Below are positions 1 to 10,970 of a stretch of 64,000 bases of DNA, one piece after another (the first letter of the stretch is position 1; every line of letters begins with the position of its first letter). A program made the position numbers and the translations under genes. Location of the stretch: the NCBI GenBank assembly GCA_964019335.1, contig OZ025731.1:124001-188000 (forward strand), given 5' to 3'. Origin of the DNA: Diplonema japonicum (Eukaryota; Protista; Euglenozoa: Diplonemea). Under the pieces are notes generated by a model, which searched no databases, was not told the origin of the DNA, and was given only the letters and a program-made list of their open reading frames with translations.

Positions 1-3
1 ATT

Positions 4-1815
4 GTGATGCCCCTTTACACCGGCGATCTAAGCACACACTTGGCCGTAAATGGCCCGCTCAGATACAGCCAAGCTCTCAGGCTCCTCCGTAATATGGGAT
101 CTGCCCTCGAGCACATCCACTCGCACAAATATGTCCACGGCGATTTCAAGCAGCACAACATTCTTATGAGCAGCGATGCGGGGTTTATGTTAGCAGACTT
201 CGGTCTCTCAAAAAGTTGCAAGACAGGGAACCTAAGCGCTTTTGAGGGCACGCCATTCTTCATGGCGCCTGAGTACACCGACTTCTGCTACACCAACATG
301 GTAGATATGTGGGCCCTCGGCGTGACAGTGTGCTGTGCTGTGCTCCAAGAATCGGACAGACAGATGATAATGAACCCCGAGAATAAAATAACACGCACGA
401 GCGACCTTGCAATGCGCGAGTTGAAAGCAGCGCTTGAGGAGCTGCAGAACCCCATTCTCCGAACGCTTCCTCTACAACTTCTTTCATTGAACCCCTCAGA
501 CCGGCCAACAGCGACACAAATACTGGAAATATGCGGGGAAGGACGGAAGGTCCCCCTCTTGGTACACGCAGTGTCCGGCGATGAGGTGGAGCGCAACGCG
601 AAGATCATTATCGACGAAGGAGCGTGGGTGGATGAAATCCTGTGGGCTGCGGAGAAAGAATTCAAAGACATGGGAAAAGCGTGCGATGCTGAGGTACAAA
701 ACAAGGATGGGGTGTATGTGAAGGCGGATGGTGCAACGGTGTTCGAGGACACAGCGGTGGTCCGTGTCACGTTCCGCATGAACAAAGAAAAGAACACCCC
801 CCAAGGCAATCACAAGGCAGTCGGAAACCAACCTTCCAGCAACGACAGCAAGCGCGTTGCGACAATGAAATACCTTGTCGAAGAATGCAATCAAGACCCC
901 TGTGCAAAAGACGCTGAGGGTTGGACCACACTGCACAGCGCAGCACAAAGCGGCCACCTCGACACCATGAAGTACCTAGTCGAAGACCAGAATATAGATC
1001 CGGGCATCGTACAAACCGACGGGAAAACACCACTACACACCGCAGTGGCTGCTGGAAGAATGGATGTTATAAAATACCTAGTCCACGAGAAGGGACAAGA
1101 CCCTGGTGTGAAAATGAAAGACGGCTTGACACCCATGCACTCAGCTGCGTCAAGCGGGCAGGAACAAGCAATGAAGTTCCTTTTAAGTGAAAAGCAAGAC
1201 CCAAGCGTTAAGAGGCCCCGCGACCACTGGTCCCCATTGCACGGAGCAGCGTCGAAAGGCCATCTCAAAATTCTTAAGATGTTGATTGAGGATCACAAGC
1301 AAGACCCGGGCACTGCTAGAAGCGACGGTTGGAGGCTATTGCACACCGCCGCGTACAACGGCCATATTCATGTCATGGAATATTTGATCTCGAAAGGGCA
1401 ATCCCCAGGTGTGAAGGACCACACTGGCAAAACCCCATTGCGAGCGGCGGCACTGACCGGGCAGCTGGATACTGTGAACTTCCTTATCGATGAACACGGG
1501 CAAAACCCAAATATTAAGGATAATAAAGGCTTCACGCCCCTCCATGTTGCAGCAAGCAATGGACACATTTCGACAATGAAGGCGCTCATCGAGACACACG
1601 GTGCGAACTGCTCTGCCACGACTAAAGACGGTTATCTGCCCCTGCACACTGCAGCTAAGTGGGGCCGGCCGATGGTTGTCAAGATGCTTGTTGATATATA
1701 CAACCAGAACCCACATACGAAAACGAAAACAGGGACCACCCCTCTTCAACTTGCCAAGAATGCAGAAACGGCACGCGTTATTAAAAATTACATGAATAAC
1801 TGGCCGATACCATAA
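4..1815 (+). CDS. Ser/Thr protein kinase with C-terminal ankyrin repeats (5' end probably outside window)
   Basis: HGDFKQHN, DFG, APE and DMWALG motifs, followed by about 9 ankyrin repeats (TPLHxAA); N-lobe missing at the window edge. Confidence 0.9.
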   Translation: MMPLYTGDLSTHLAVNGPLRYSQALRLLRNMGSALEHIHSHKYVHGDFKQHNILMSSDAGFMLADFGLSKSCKTGNLSAFEGTPFFMAPEYTDFCYTNMVDMWALGVTVCCAVLQESDRQMIMNPENKITRTSDLAMRELKAALEELQNPILRTLPLQLLSLNPSDRPTATQILEICGEGRKVPLLVHAVSGDEVERNAKIIIDEGAWVDEILWAAEKEFKDMGKACDAEVQNKDGVYVKADGATVFEDTAVVRVTFRMNKEKNTPQGNHKAVGNQPSSNDSKRVATMKYLVEECNQDPCAKDAEGWTTLHSAAQSGHLDTMKYLVEDQNIDPGIVQTDGKTPLHTAVAAGRMDVIKYLVHEKGQDPGVKMKDGLTPMHSAASSGQEQAMKFLLSEKQDPSVKRPRDHWSPLHGAASKGHLKILKMLIEDHKQDPGTARSDGWRLLHTAAYNGHIHVMEYLISKGQSPGVKDHTGKTPLRAAALTGQLDTVNFLIDEHGQNPNIKDNKGFTPLHVAASNGHISTMKALIETHGANCSATTKDGYLPLHTAAKWGRPMVVKMLVDIYNQNPHTKTKTGTTPLQLAKNAETARVIKNYMNNWPIP

Positions 1816-2450
1816 AAAGAAATCTGGTGGTGAGCCTCTTCCCGCCCCCCCCTCCCCCCCCCTTACAAATGTGATTTTTTCTTTTTTTTTTTACCCTTTA
1901 CTTCAAGACTCGGGTGTGTGTTGCTCGTCGATGTGGATTTTCTGAGTCTGTTCTCTTTGTCCCCGCCCCCGCCCCCCGCCCCGCAAAAAAAAAGGAGACA
2001 ACGTCTGTGTAGTGTCGAAGCACGTTACCGCTGCACGATTGATTTTCCTTTTTTTTTTTTGTTTTCTAAATGACATTTAATGTTTTAATTAATCAAAACG
2101 AAAAAAGCTGTACCCGCAGCGCACAGTTTTCTGTAATCCAGAAAAGAAAAGAAAAGTAACTTCTCAACATCAACCCACCCCTAGGACCCCAATACATTCA
2201 TCTAGTGAAAGATGGATGGGTTTAAAACACCGAGTCAGGGTGGGGAGGGGAGGGGCAGCGTTCTAAGGATTACAATTTCCTGTAGCCCGCAGCGCACAAA
2301 GTAAGAGAAGGAAGAAAAAAGAAAAAAAAAAAGAAAAAAACTCCTTTGAGCTTATGGCTTTTTTTTTTTTTTTTTTTTTTTTTATTTTATTTTTGTATTG
2401 AAGTACCCCCTTCTCGTGATAACAACCTGTTTTAACTATCTACATCAGGA

Positions 2451-3470
2451 ATGCAAGAACACCATTTTGAGGGGTATGAAGCGGTAGCTTCTCTTGGGGA
2501 AGGTAATTTCGGGCCTGTGTACTCGGCAAGGCAAAAGACAGACGGGGAACTGGTTGCTATCAAGACACTGATGACGGAAGGAGAAGAGTCGTACAGCGCA
2601 CAACTGAAAACAATCCACAACATGATGCAGCTGGGCCACGCCCATGTCGCCTCGTATACAAAATACTTCAAAACCGCGGAGGTAGCGTTTGGCATGGAGG
2701 TGAAAAAGCTACACATTGTAACGCATCTAAGTGGCTGCAGGCTAGACGAGCACCTAGCCGCCAACGGTGTACTAACATGCGGCCTGACGCTGAGGCTTCT
2801 CCGTGACATCGGAGCTGCGCTGAATCACATGCACAGCAACGGTCTCATCCACCGCGGTATATCCCCACAAAACATTTTAATGAACCGCGGGGTGGGGTTC
2901 ATGCTTGCAGACCTTGGCCTTTGCAACGATGCCGTGCCTTTCTTCCAGGCACCCAGACCCCCCTCCAGCACTTCCCGTACAAACAAGGTAGACATGTGGG
3001 CCCTCGGCGTGACTGTATGCTGTGCCATCTTAGAAGCAGACGACCGCAGCACTCTAAAATATTTACACGAAAATTACGACCTTGCAATGCGCGAGTTGAA
3101 AGCAGCGCTTGAGGAGCTGCAGAACCCTATTCTCCGAACGCTTCCTCTACAACTTCTTTCATTGAACCCCTCAGACCGGCCAACAGCGACACAAATACTG
3201 GAAATATGCGGGGAAGGACGGAAGGTCCCCCTCTTGGTACACGCAGTGTCCGGCGATGAGGTGGAGCGCAACGCGAAGATCATTATCGACGAAGGAGCGT
3301 GGGTGGATGAAATCCTGTGGGCTGCGGAGAAAGAATTCAAAGACATGGGAAAAGCGTGCGATGCTGAGGTACAAAACAAGGATGGGGTGTATGTGAAGGC
3401 GGATGGTGCAACGGTGTTCGAGGACACAGCGGTGGTCCGTGTCACGTTCCTAGAAAAGACTTCTAGCTAA
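2451..3470 (+). CDS. Protein kinase-like protein (probable pseudokinase), paralog of 4..1815
   Basis: GEGNFG and VAIK present, but the catalytic loop is HRG and the APE motif is absent; 3077-3450 is nearly identical to 402-776. Confidence 0.8.
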   Translation: MQEHHFEGYEAVASLGEGNFGPVYSARQKTDGELVAIKTLMTEGEESYSAQLKTIHNMMQLGHAHVASYTKYFKTAEVAFGMEVKKLHIVTHLSGCRLDEHLAANGVLTCGLTLRLLRDIGAALNHMHSNGLIHRGISPQNILMNRGVGFMLADLGLCNDAVPFFQAPRPPSSTSRTNKVDMWALGVTVCCAILEADDRSTLKYLHENYDLAMRELKAALEELQNPILRTLPLQLLSLNPSDRPTATQILEICGEGRKVPLLVHAVSGDEVERNAKIIIDEGAWVDEILWAAEKEFKDMGKACDAEVQNKDGVYVKADGATVFEDTAVVRVTFLEKTSS

Positions 3471-4467
3471 TTCTATTCTATGCTATGCTATGCTATATCA
3501 ATAATTAGCTTTTAATGATAAATCAGTAATATAAATTTTAAAAAAAGGGGGGTGGGAATGGGCTCTTTTTTTTTCCCCCAAGGGTAATTCACTTAATACC
3601 CTCAAACAAGGACAACTTCAGATGGGAAATTATGTGCGTAAGGCAGCAAATGCACCTCTATCTACAAAAAGAAAAAAAAGAGGGGCGGGCATTGAAGGCC
3701 ACATGAGTGCGAAATGCAAACCATTTTAGAATGGCAGTTTTCTTCTTTTCTTTTTTTTTTCCCCCTCCCCCCTAAACCTAAGGGGGCAGCAAGACCTTCT
3801 GGGTCTAGGTGCGTAACGACACCTCTCCTTAAGCGAGTCGACTACAAACACCTCCCCTTCCCTACCCCTTGTACTTTATGGTAAGAATTGCCCCCCACCC
3901 TTTTTTTTCTATGAGTTACGTGTACTAGCAAGCTGTTTTTTTTTTTTTCGAATGAAATAAATTTGAAATGTTGTTATGTCACGGCCGTGTGTGGCCTGCG
4001 CTTTCCTTGGAGCACGTGCGCACACCTTCTACTGAAGTCATGCATCCTCAATGCAGAGTGGTTCGTACGCCGAGAGTCGCCGGGTTTATGTTTTAACCTT
4101 TTTTTTTCTTTTTTTTTTAAGCGGCCGATGAGCGACTCATCGCATACACATGGGGGGGGGGGGGGCATTTTTCTTCTATATTTTTGTGTTTTCCCAACAT
4201 AATCTCAGAGGCATAGCAGAATAAAAAAAAATCGGAAAAAAAAAAAAGCTGTGTTTTTCCCCCCCGCTAATACCCACCCAAAAAAAAAGATTTAATTTAT
4301 CCTATCTTGTGCAACTTGTGTCCCAGGAAAAGAAGAAGAAAAAAAAGGAATTACTCTAGTGCGAACAATAAAAACACAAGTCGTAAGAAAGAATCATTTT
4401 CCTAATAAACCCAACTAGGCTGGCGAGTGCAACAGCCACATACTTCTTCCTGTTTGTTTGTTTGTTT

Positions 4468-4514
<47 letters not shown>

Positions 4515-4834
4515 CATGTGTATTATCATGAGATCGTGTGTCTTTTCAACGGACTATCCCCTCTGAAAAACGAGCTCCCGATAAAAAGGCAAAAATGCAC
4601 TGGATGAAAGGTTATTGAAAGGTTCTATCTTTCCCTCCCCACCCCATCTCCTCCCAACTATAACCTCCAAGCCTGGACGTGGCCATTGTAGTGCCAAGCG
4701 TTTCACCGCTGTGTTTGTTTTTGTATCTTTTTTTTTTTTTTTTCCCCTTAGCAACCACACAGGTTACTTAATTGGACACACAAAAAAAAAAGAAAAAAAA
4801 AAGAAGCAGAAAAAAACAAAAACAACAAAAGAAA

Positions 4835-7800
4835 ATGCGGTGCTTCTTACTCCCTCTGCTCTTCGCAGGGGCCGTCGGCGAAACTGGATTCCTTGTGATG
4901 CTTCGGGACAACTGCACAGCCGCAGGAGCGGAGGAGGTACACCGTGTGTGTGGAACGAGAAGCCGCACCTACAAAATCGGGGGTTTCAAGACCAGGCATT
5001 GCGAAGGAGTGGAAGAGGCCGAGATGGAGGCGCTGTCAGACCGCCTAGACGGCACAATCACAGTGGAGCGAGACTCATTGAACAAGGACGTGCTTCATGC
5101 CATGCCTGGTGGCTGCACCAACCAAGCTTCCACTGACACCCCATGGGGCCTCAGCAGGCTCACACAGAGACACGACTGGGAATGGTCTGGAAGCACCCCC
5201 GCACCCTTCCACCACAACACCGAGTGGGGCGACAAGGTTGACACCTACGTCATGGACACTGGTGTAGAGTGCGGGATCGAGGAACTGAACGGGAGGTGCA
5301 GCAACATGAAGGACTACGTCGCCAGCAAGGACGAGATCCACCGTGACGACAACGGCCACGGGACGTACGTGGCAAGCCTTGTTGCAGGCAAGACGCACGG
5401 CGTCGCGAGGAAGGCCAACATCATCTCTGCAAAGGTTGTGGACCACCAAGGCCACACAAGGAACAGCTATATTCTGGACGCCCTCGCCGACATCAGTGTC
5501 GCTGTGAAGCAAACAAAACGCCCTTCCCTCATATTGATGGCCTTCGGTGTCTTGGAGTCCTCCGTTTTCGACGCGGCCCTGCGTGCTATGGTGGAGCTCG
5601 GTGTTGCTGTGGTAGCCTCGGGCGGGAACTCGTATTGCCGACCCATGCGCCCCGAGTTGATTTCTGTGGGAGCGCACGGCAGAGATGGCAAAGTGCTGCG
5701 GTGCGAAAAATCCCAAGACCTTTATGCGCCTGGGGAGGACATCCGAGGGGCGTCTGCAGAAAACCTAGACGGCAGTGTGGTGAACTCCGGGTCGTCTGCG
5801 TCCGCAGCTTACGCAGCAGGGGCGGCAGCTTCGTTCCTGAGCAAGAAGCCATGGGCGACCCCCCTTGATGTGAAGATGTGGCTCATCGAATCATCGCTGA
5901 AGATGGTTCTGGTCTCGGCTTTTCCGAACAGGGCGCTGTTCATCCCGTGCGACGAGAGCCAGTCCACAGCACCAGGGGGAGGCTCCCTGCTGGTTGATTC
6001 GCACTGCACACAGGAGCCCCTCCCCCACCGAGGCGCGATGGCATACAAAGCCACCCGTGGGAACCAGGGGTGCTGGGTGGTGCAGTGTCCCCATGGCGAG
6101 GATCTTATTCTAAATGTGACGAAGATCCAGCCTAGTGACTTGTCAAACGTGGTTTTCATCCAAGCCATGGATCGGGGGGATCCCCTACTCTTTGTGATGG
6201 AAGCGCAGCGCTCTGTGGTGGCAATGAACTCTGCGAGGTTGATGATGGGGAGCTTTGGGCATGGGAACGGCGGGGATTTCGAAATTGAATGGGAGTGCCG
6301 TGCCCGCGAGCCGACCTGCACCGCTGTCGAGGGGGGCGGGGTGGTGACCTACCCCGTTGACAACGGACGGTACCCCGCGTCCTCTGTGGAATGCTGGACG
6401 CTCACTTGCGACACCCCGCACATTGAAATCGAGTGGCACTACGTGGACATTACAAGCGAGAGCAACACGTTGCTGTCGCACGACATACTTACAGTGGAGG
6501 ACACGGCCGACAGCTTTGGCACGACACACTTGATGTTGCAGGGGCACCCCGCAGTAGGGTTTTACGGCAATTCTGTGAAGGTCCGGTTCGCGTCTTACCA
6601 CTCCCCCTTAGGCAGCGGCTTCCGCTTTACTTGGAGATGCACGTCGCAGACCCGTGCCGTCCCTGAGCCCTTCGAGCCTCCCGTGTTCGTAAAGGCGCCA
6701 GCCGTTGTGGCATCGAAGACAGCTGTGGTCGTGCGGAACACGACATCGGCAGCGACGGAGTACCTGCTGGAATGCGAGGCTGGGATGCTCACGTCGTTGA
6801 CGCATGCTGAGTGGCGCATGGCACACGGAGAGGTTGTCCGTATCCGAAACGAGACGGGCGAGGTGCTAGTTGTGAGATACGGCGACAGCACATTTATGGG
6901 TATCATCAGCACGCAAGGTCGCTTGACGGTGGAGCTGTTCTACGGGACGCAGCCGCTCAGCACGTTCAGGCTGGAGCTGAGCTGCCTCCCAGCTGCCGAG
7001 CGGTGCCCCGCACTCCCCCTTGGGAGTTCAGAGGCAGCAGACAACTGCTTCACAATTGGCGGGCCTGCATGTCCCGTCGGGGAGAGCAGGTTTTCCGTTA
7101 GCAAACTCGCTGGGAGCGTGACGATGATCGACGAGGTGACTGGAGAGGTGACACGGGTGACAGCACCTGCATCGACAAGAAGCTTCTCGAACAGGGTGCA
7201 GGTTGTGGTGCACGGGACCGGGTTTGTGACCTGGGGGTGCGGACGGTGGGGCACATGCACTGAGGTTGATCACAAGGACAGAGACTCATTCTCGATTAGC
7301 GACACAGCAGGGCAAGACGTTGACTGCTGGCTGTTCAAGTGTCCGGACCCGTCGCAAAACCTCGTTTTCAAGGACATCAAGACGAGGTCATGCAGCTACC
7401 CGACAACGCTTCTGGACAACGACGATAAGGTGCTGGCCTCGATCACATGCCCTAGGGGACTAGTCGTGACGGACAGCAACGTGGCAGTGCTGACGAGAAC
7501 GGGGGCTGCACTGATCGCATCATGGTCGTGCGGATGCGAAAACCTACTGGAAGCCGCGGCGCCCCTGTCTTACCCTCGCAATATTGACAAAGGGGACGAA
7601 TGCTGGACCCTGCGATGCGACACAACAAAGGACTATATGTTCCTCACGCCAGGGATGGTTTCCGGGGACTCTGTGGTGGTGAGGGACAGCACGCCATACA
7701 AGACCACCCTTCGCTCGAACAGGACCATTCTCTCGAGGGAGGGTGACCTTGCCTTCTTCGCATCGATCGGTGACACATCCCTCTACGATGCTGGGGAGGC

Positions 7801-9700
7801 CTTTTCGCTGGACTACAAGTGTGCACCGGAAAATGCGACAGACGCGCCCCCCAGCCCCCCAGTTGGGTGCAAATACCTGGCCGAACCGATGGACGTCTTC
7901 TGGACGAATAGCAGTGACTACACCTGCTGGTACATGCTGGTGACGCCTCCAAAGGCTGTTTACTTCAACGCGACGTACGACCTCGCCCCAGACACGAGTA
8001 TTGTGTTTAATGTCGGGACGGAGCACTACATCAACGGGGGCAGCGGCTACGAGTACGTGTTCATGGAGGCGACGAAGCGCACGTTAACGATCGGGATCAA
8101 CGGGTCTGGCGTGGCACGCATCGGGTACGTGAAGAGCTGCGACACGAACGTCGTACCAGGCCTCATCGTCCACCCCAAAGACAACGGCGTGAGCTGCTGG
8201 CGCTTGACCTGCCCGGATGATGATGTCCCCCTCGCCATAGCCCACGAATCGGGTGCCCCCCTGGCGATCGAAGGCGGTGGGGTTTTAAACAGCCAGCAGC
8301 CAACCCACTTGACAATGGGTTCTGCAACAATCTCCCTGGAGCCTGAGCTCCCTGGTGGCACGGAGGTTGCATTCTCCTGGACCTGCGACACCTCGAACAA
8401 GCTGAAGGAGAAGGAGCACTGCTATGGTGAAGCCACGAAGCTCAGCTCGGACACTGGATCTGTGTCCTGGGACAGGTATCAAGAACCCGGAAAATGCTGG
8501 TGGCTAACCTGCCCGCAGGCGGTAAAGGTGCTGACGTTGACGATGGACTACGAACACGGCTATGACTTCGTGGAGGTTTACCCTGTACACAGCGATACCC
8601 CTCTGGACAGGTTCACAGGGAAGGGCACCGTGCACGTGGGGTATCATGGGGACATCGTGGTGAAGTCTTTGTTGGATAAAAACATCGACAGCACGCTGAC
8701 AATGAAATGGGAATGCGGCCAGACGGCACCTCGCAAGAACGTCCAACTGACCGGACCCGCCAACCCGATCCAGTGGGACAAGACCTCGAGGAACTGCTTC
8801 CACGAGTTCGCACCTTTCGAACGCACCACGACACTGCGGTACCCGTCCAACGGAGGCAGCTACCCACCAATGACAAGCAAATGCTGGAGAATGGAGTGCG
8901 CAACGGAAGGCACATCACGTGTAAACTTGAACACAAACCTGGAACCCGGGTACGACAAGATCGAAGCTTACGACAAAGAAGGCAGGTGGCTAGGAGAGAC
9001 GACGGCAGACGGCGATGCCGAGTTCAGCAGCACAGGCGACATCTACCTACACTTCACGTCGGACATCGGGACAGAAGGGACGGGATTCACGGCGGAGCTG
9101 TTCTGCAACATTCAACCCCCAACCCATGCACCGGGGACACCCGCACCACCGCAAATAAATTTGAGAAGGGTAAAAGCAACGCTTCGAGTCATTTCAAATG
9201 ATCTGCAAAAAGCAGTGGAAGGAAGCACTGCTCTAATGCCAGCATTGGAACTAGCCACAGGCGGGTCAGCCAGCTGTGTGAAAGTGTGCCACGAAATGAG
9301 CGACAGTACAAAATGTGTAGAATGCATGGCGGTACCCTCTGGACGATTTGCCCGCACTGCTCAGCAAGGTGATAAGGTGGCGCTTGAAGCAGAATTAGAG
9401 GTCGTAGCCAGCATGGACAATGAGGGTGTGAAGGCAAGGCTTTCAACCATTAGTGATGTGATCGCAAACCATCTTGGAGGGCCTCTGGTGGAAATAGTAG
9501 TGGACAGCGGTTCGAGTGACAGTGACTCTGACCTGTCCACAGGTGCCATTATTGGGATAGTACTTGGTTCTCTTGCATTTGTTGTCATAGCTGCTGTCGT
9601 TGTTTACTTCTGCTGTATACGTGCGAAGCGAGTGTCCTTTGACGATACAGAGCTTGCTCAACGCCAGGCAGCTGAACCGGCTGCTACTACCGTTGTTTGA
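4835..9700 (+). CDS. Type I membrane subtilisin (S8) protease with Cys-rich CUB-like repeats
   Basis: Signal peptide MRCFLLPLLFAGAVG; DTG, NGHGT, GGN and SGSSAS catalytic motifs; YPxxxxCW/GYDxVEVY CUB-like repeats; C-terminal TM helix. Confidence 0.9.
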   Translation: MRCFLLPLLFAGAVGETGFLVMLRDNCTAAGAEEVHRVCGTRSRTYKIGGFKTRHCEGVEEAEMEALSDRLDGTITVERDSLNKDVLHAMPGGCTNQASTDTPWGLSRLTQRHDWEWSGSTPAPFHHNTEWGDKVDTYVMDTGVECGIEELNGRCSNMKDYVASKDEIHRDDNGHGTYVASLVAGKTHGVARKANIISAKVVDHQGHTRNSYILDALADISVAVKQTKRPSLILMAFGVLESSVFDAALRAMVELGVAVVASGGNSYCRPMRPELISVGAHGRDGKVLRCEKSQDLYAPGEDIRGASAENLDGSVVNSGSSASAAYAAGAAASFLSKKPWATPLDVKMWLIESSLKMVLVSAFPNRALFIPCDESQSTAPGGGSLLVDSHCTQEPLPHRGAMAYKATRGNQGCWVVQCPHGEDLILNVTKIQPSDLSNVVFIQAMDRGDPLLFVMEAQRSVVAMNSARLMMGSFGHGNGGDFEIEWECRAREPTCTAVEGGGVVTYPVDNGRYPASSVECWTLTCDTPHIEIEWHYVDITSESNTLLSHDILTVEDTADSFGTTHLMLQGHPAVGFYGNSVKVRFASYHSPLGSGFRFTWRCTSQTRAVPEPFEPPVFVKAPAVVASKTAVVVRNTTSAATEYLLECEAGMLTSLTHAEWRMAHGEVVRIRNETGEVLVVRYGDSTFMGIISTQGRLTVELFYGTQPLSTFRLELSCLPAAERCPALPLGSSEAADNCFTIGGPACPVGESRFSVSKLAGSVTMIDEVTGEVTRVTAPASTRSFSNRVQVVVHGTGFVTWGCGRWGTCTEVDHKDRDSFSISDTAGQDVDCWLFKCPDPSQNLVFKDIKTRSCSYPTTLLDNDDKVLASITCPRGLVVTDSNVAVLTRTGAALIASWSCGCENLLEAAAPLSYPRNIDKGDECWTLRCDTTKDYMFLTPGMVSGDSVVVRDSTPYKTTLRSNRTILSREGDLAFFASIGDTSLYDAGEAFSLDYKCAPENATDAPPSPPVGCKYLAEPMDVFWTNSSDYTCWYMLVTPPKAVYFNATYDLAPDTSIVFNVGTEHYINGGSGYEYVFMEATKRTLTIGINGSGVARIGYVKSCDTNVVPGLIVHPKDNGVSCWRLTCPDDDVPLAIAHESGAPLAIEGGGVLNSQQPTHLTMGSATISLEPELPGGTEVAFSWTCDTSNKLKEKEHCYGEATKLSSDTGSVSWDRYQEPGKCWWLTCPQAVKVLTLTMDYEHGYDFVEVYPVHSDTPLDRFTGKGTVHVGYHGDIVVKSLLDKNIDSTLTMKWECGQTAPRKNVQLTGPANPIQWDKTSRNCFHEFAPFERTTTLRYPSNGGSYPPMTSKCWRMECATEGTSRVNLNTNLEPGYDKIEAYDKEGRWLGETTADGDAEFSSTGDIYLHFTSDIGTEGTGFTAELFCNIQPPTHAPGTPAPPQINLRRVKATLRVISNDLQKAVEGSTALMPALELATGGSASCVKVCHEMSDSTKCVECMAVPSGRFARTAQQGDKVALEAELEVVASMDNEGVKARLSTISDVIANHLGGPLVEIVVDSGSSDSDSDLSTGAIIGIVLGSLAFVVIAAVVVYFCCIRAKRVSFDDTELAQRQAAEPAATTVV

Positions 9701-10429
9701 AGGGTGTGTCCTTTCACCCCCATTTTTTTTTCTCTTTCAGTTGTAGTATTTTTTTGTTTCTCTCCCCCCTTTCTCTCTTGAATTCTTACAGAATGGAAAC
9801 AAGAAAAAAAACAGTGAATTAAACGCTACCCCTATTGCTTTTTTTTTTCTTTTTTTTTTTTTTCCCCGAGAGGACGAGCTTTCCCCTCATCGGGGGAATT
9901 CTTTTTTTTTTTTTTTTTGAAAAGAGCACATTCGTTTACTCCCCCCCTCCCCTTCTTTTTTTTTTGTTGGGCCGTTGCTAACCACTTCGTTTTCTATTTG
10001 TGAATTTTTCTTTTTTAAAAACTCCGAGGCCCTTCCGCTTTTTGTTTTTACTAAATTATTATTATTATTTTTTTTTCTTTTTTTTTCTTTTCTTTTTTTT
10101 TTTTTTTTTTTTTTTGCTGGTTTTGCTGGCACCAATCTTTTTCATAGTATTTTGGGTTAACTGACACCCCAATTACGTCGGGTTTTAGATTGAAGCCCAA
10201 GCTTAAACCCTTCTATTCCTCCCCCGAACCCCCCCTAGGTTATCGGTTAACTCAGATACTATGTTTTTTATGTTTAGACAAACCCATAAATTTTCTTAAA
10301 ATATTTTTTTTCTTCATCCTTGTTGTCCCTGAAGGAAACAAAAGGACGGTTGAATGATTAGACAGTCCTTGCTAAAAGAAACAGGCCTTCTCCCTCTCTC
10401 CCCCCCCTTGGACCTTGCGGGGAACGAGG

Positions 10430-10469
<40 letters not shown>

Positions 10470-10970
10470 CACATACTTTTGACGTTCAACGAGTTTTCCT
10501 TTTTATGAGGTATTTCTTGTTATTTCGAAAGTGGCAAAAAAAAAAATGAGGAAGGAAGAAAAAAAGAAAAAAAGGGTCAGTTTGTGTCTTAATTTTGTTT
10601 TTTTTTTCCGACTTTGTTAGAAAATGAAAGAAAGCAGCCGTAATTGAGAAGAAATAAGAGGATCTCGCTTTTTCCTACCCAGGTAAATAAAAAAAGAGAA
10701 ACTTTCGTCTTCCCGATACCCCGGCCTTTCTTTTTAAATCCTTTTTTTTTTTTTTTACCTTATATCTTTTTAACCCACCTCACCAGCTTGGCCCCCTGGG
10801 TTAAAAAGATTTTTCTCTTTGTGGGGGAGGGGGGAATAGGTCGTAGTTAAACACCGTTCTCTCCCATGACTCCCCCTTTTTTTGATCTCCCCCATATTTT
10901 TTTTTTCCCATACAAATTTTCTTGAATTCATGTTTAAAAAAAAAGGGGGGGGGTGTATTACAAAAAAAAA

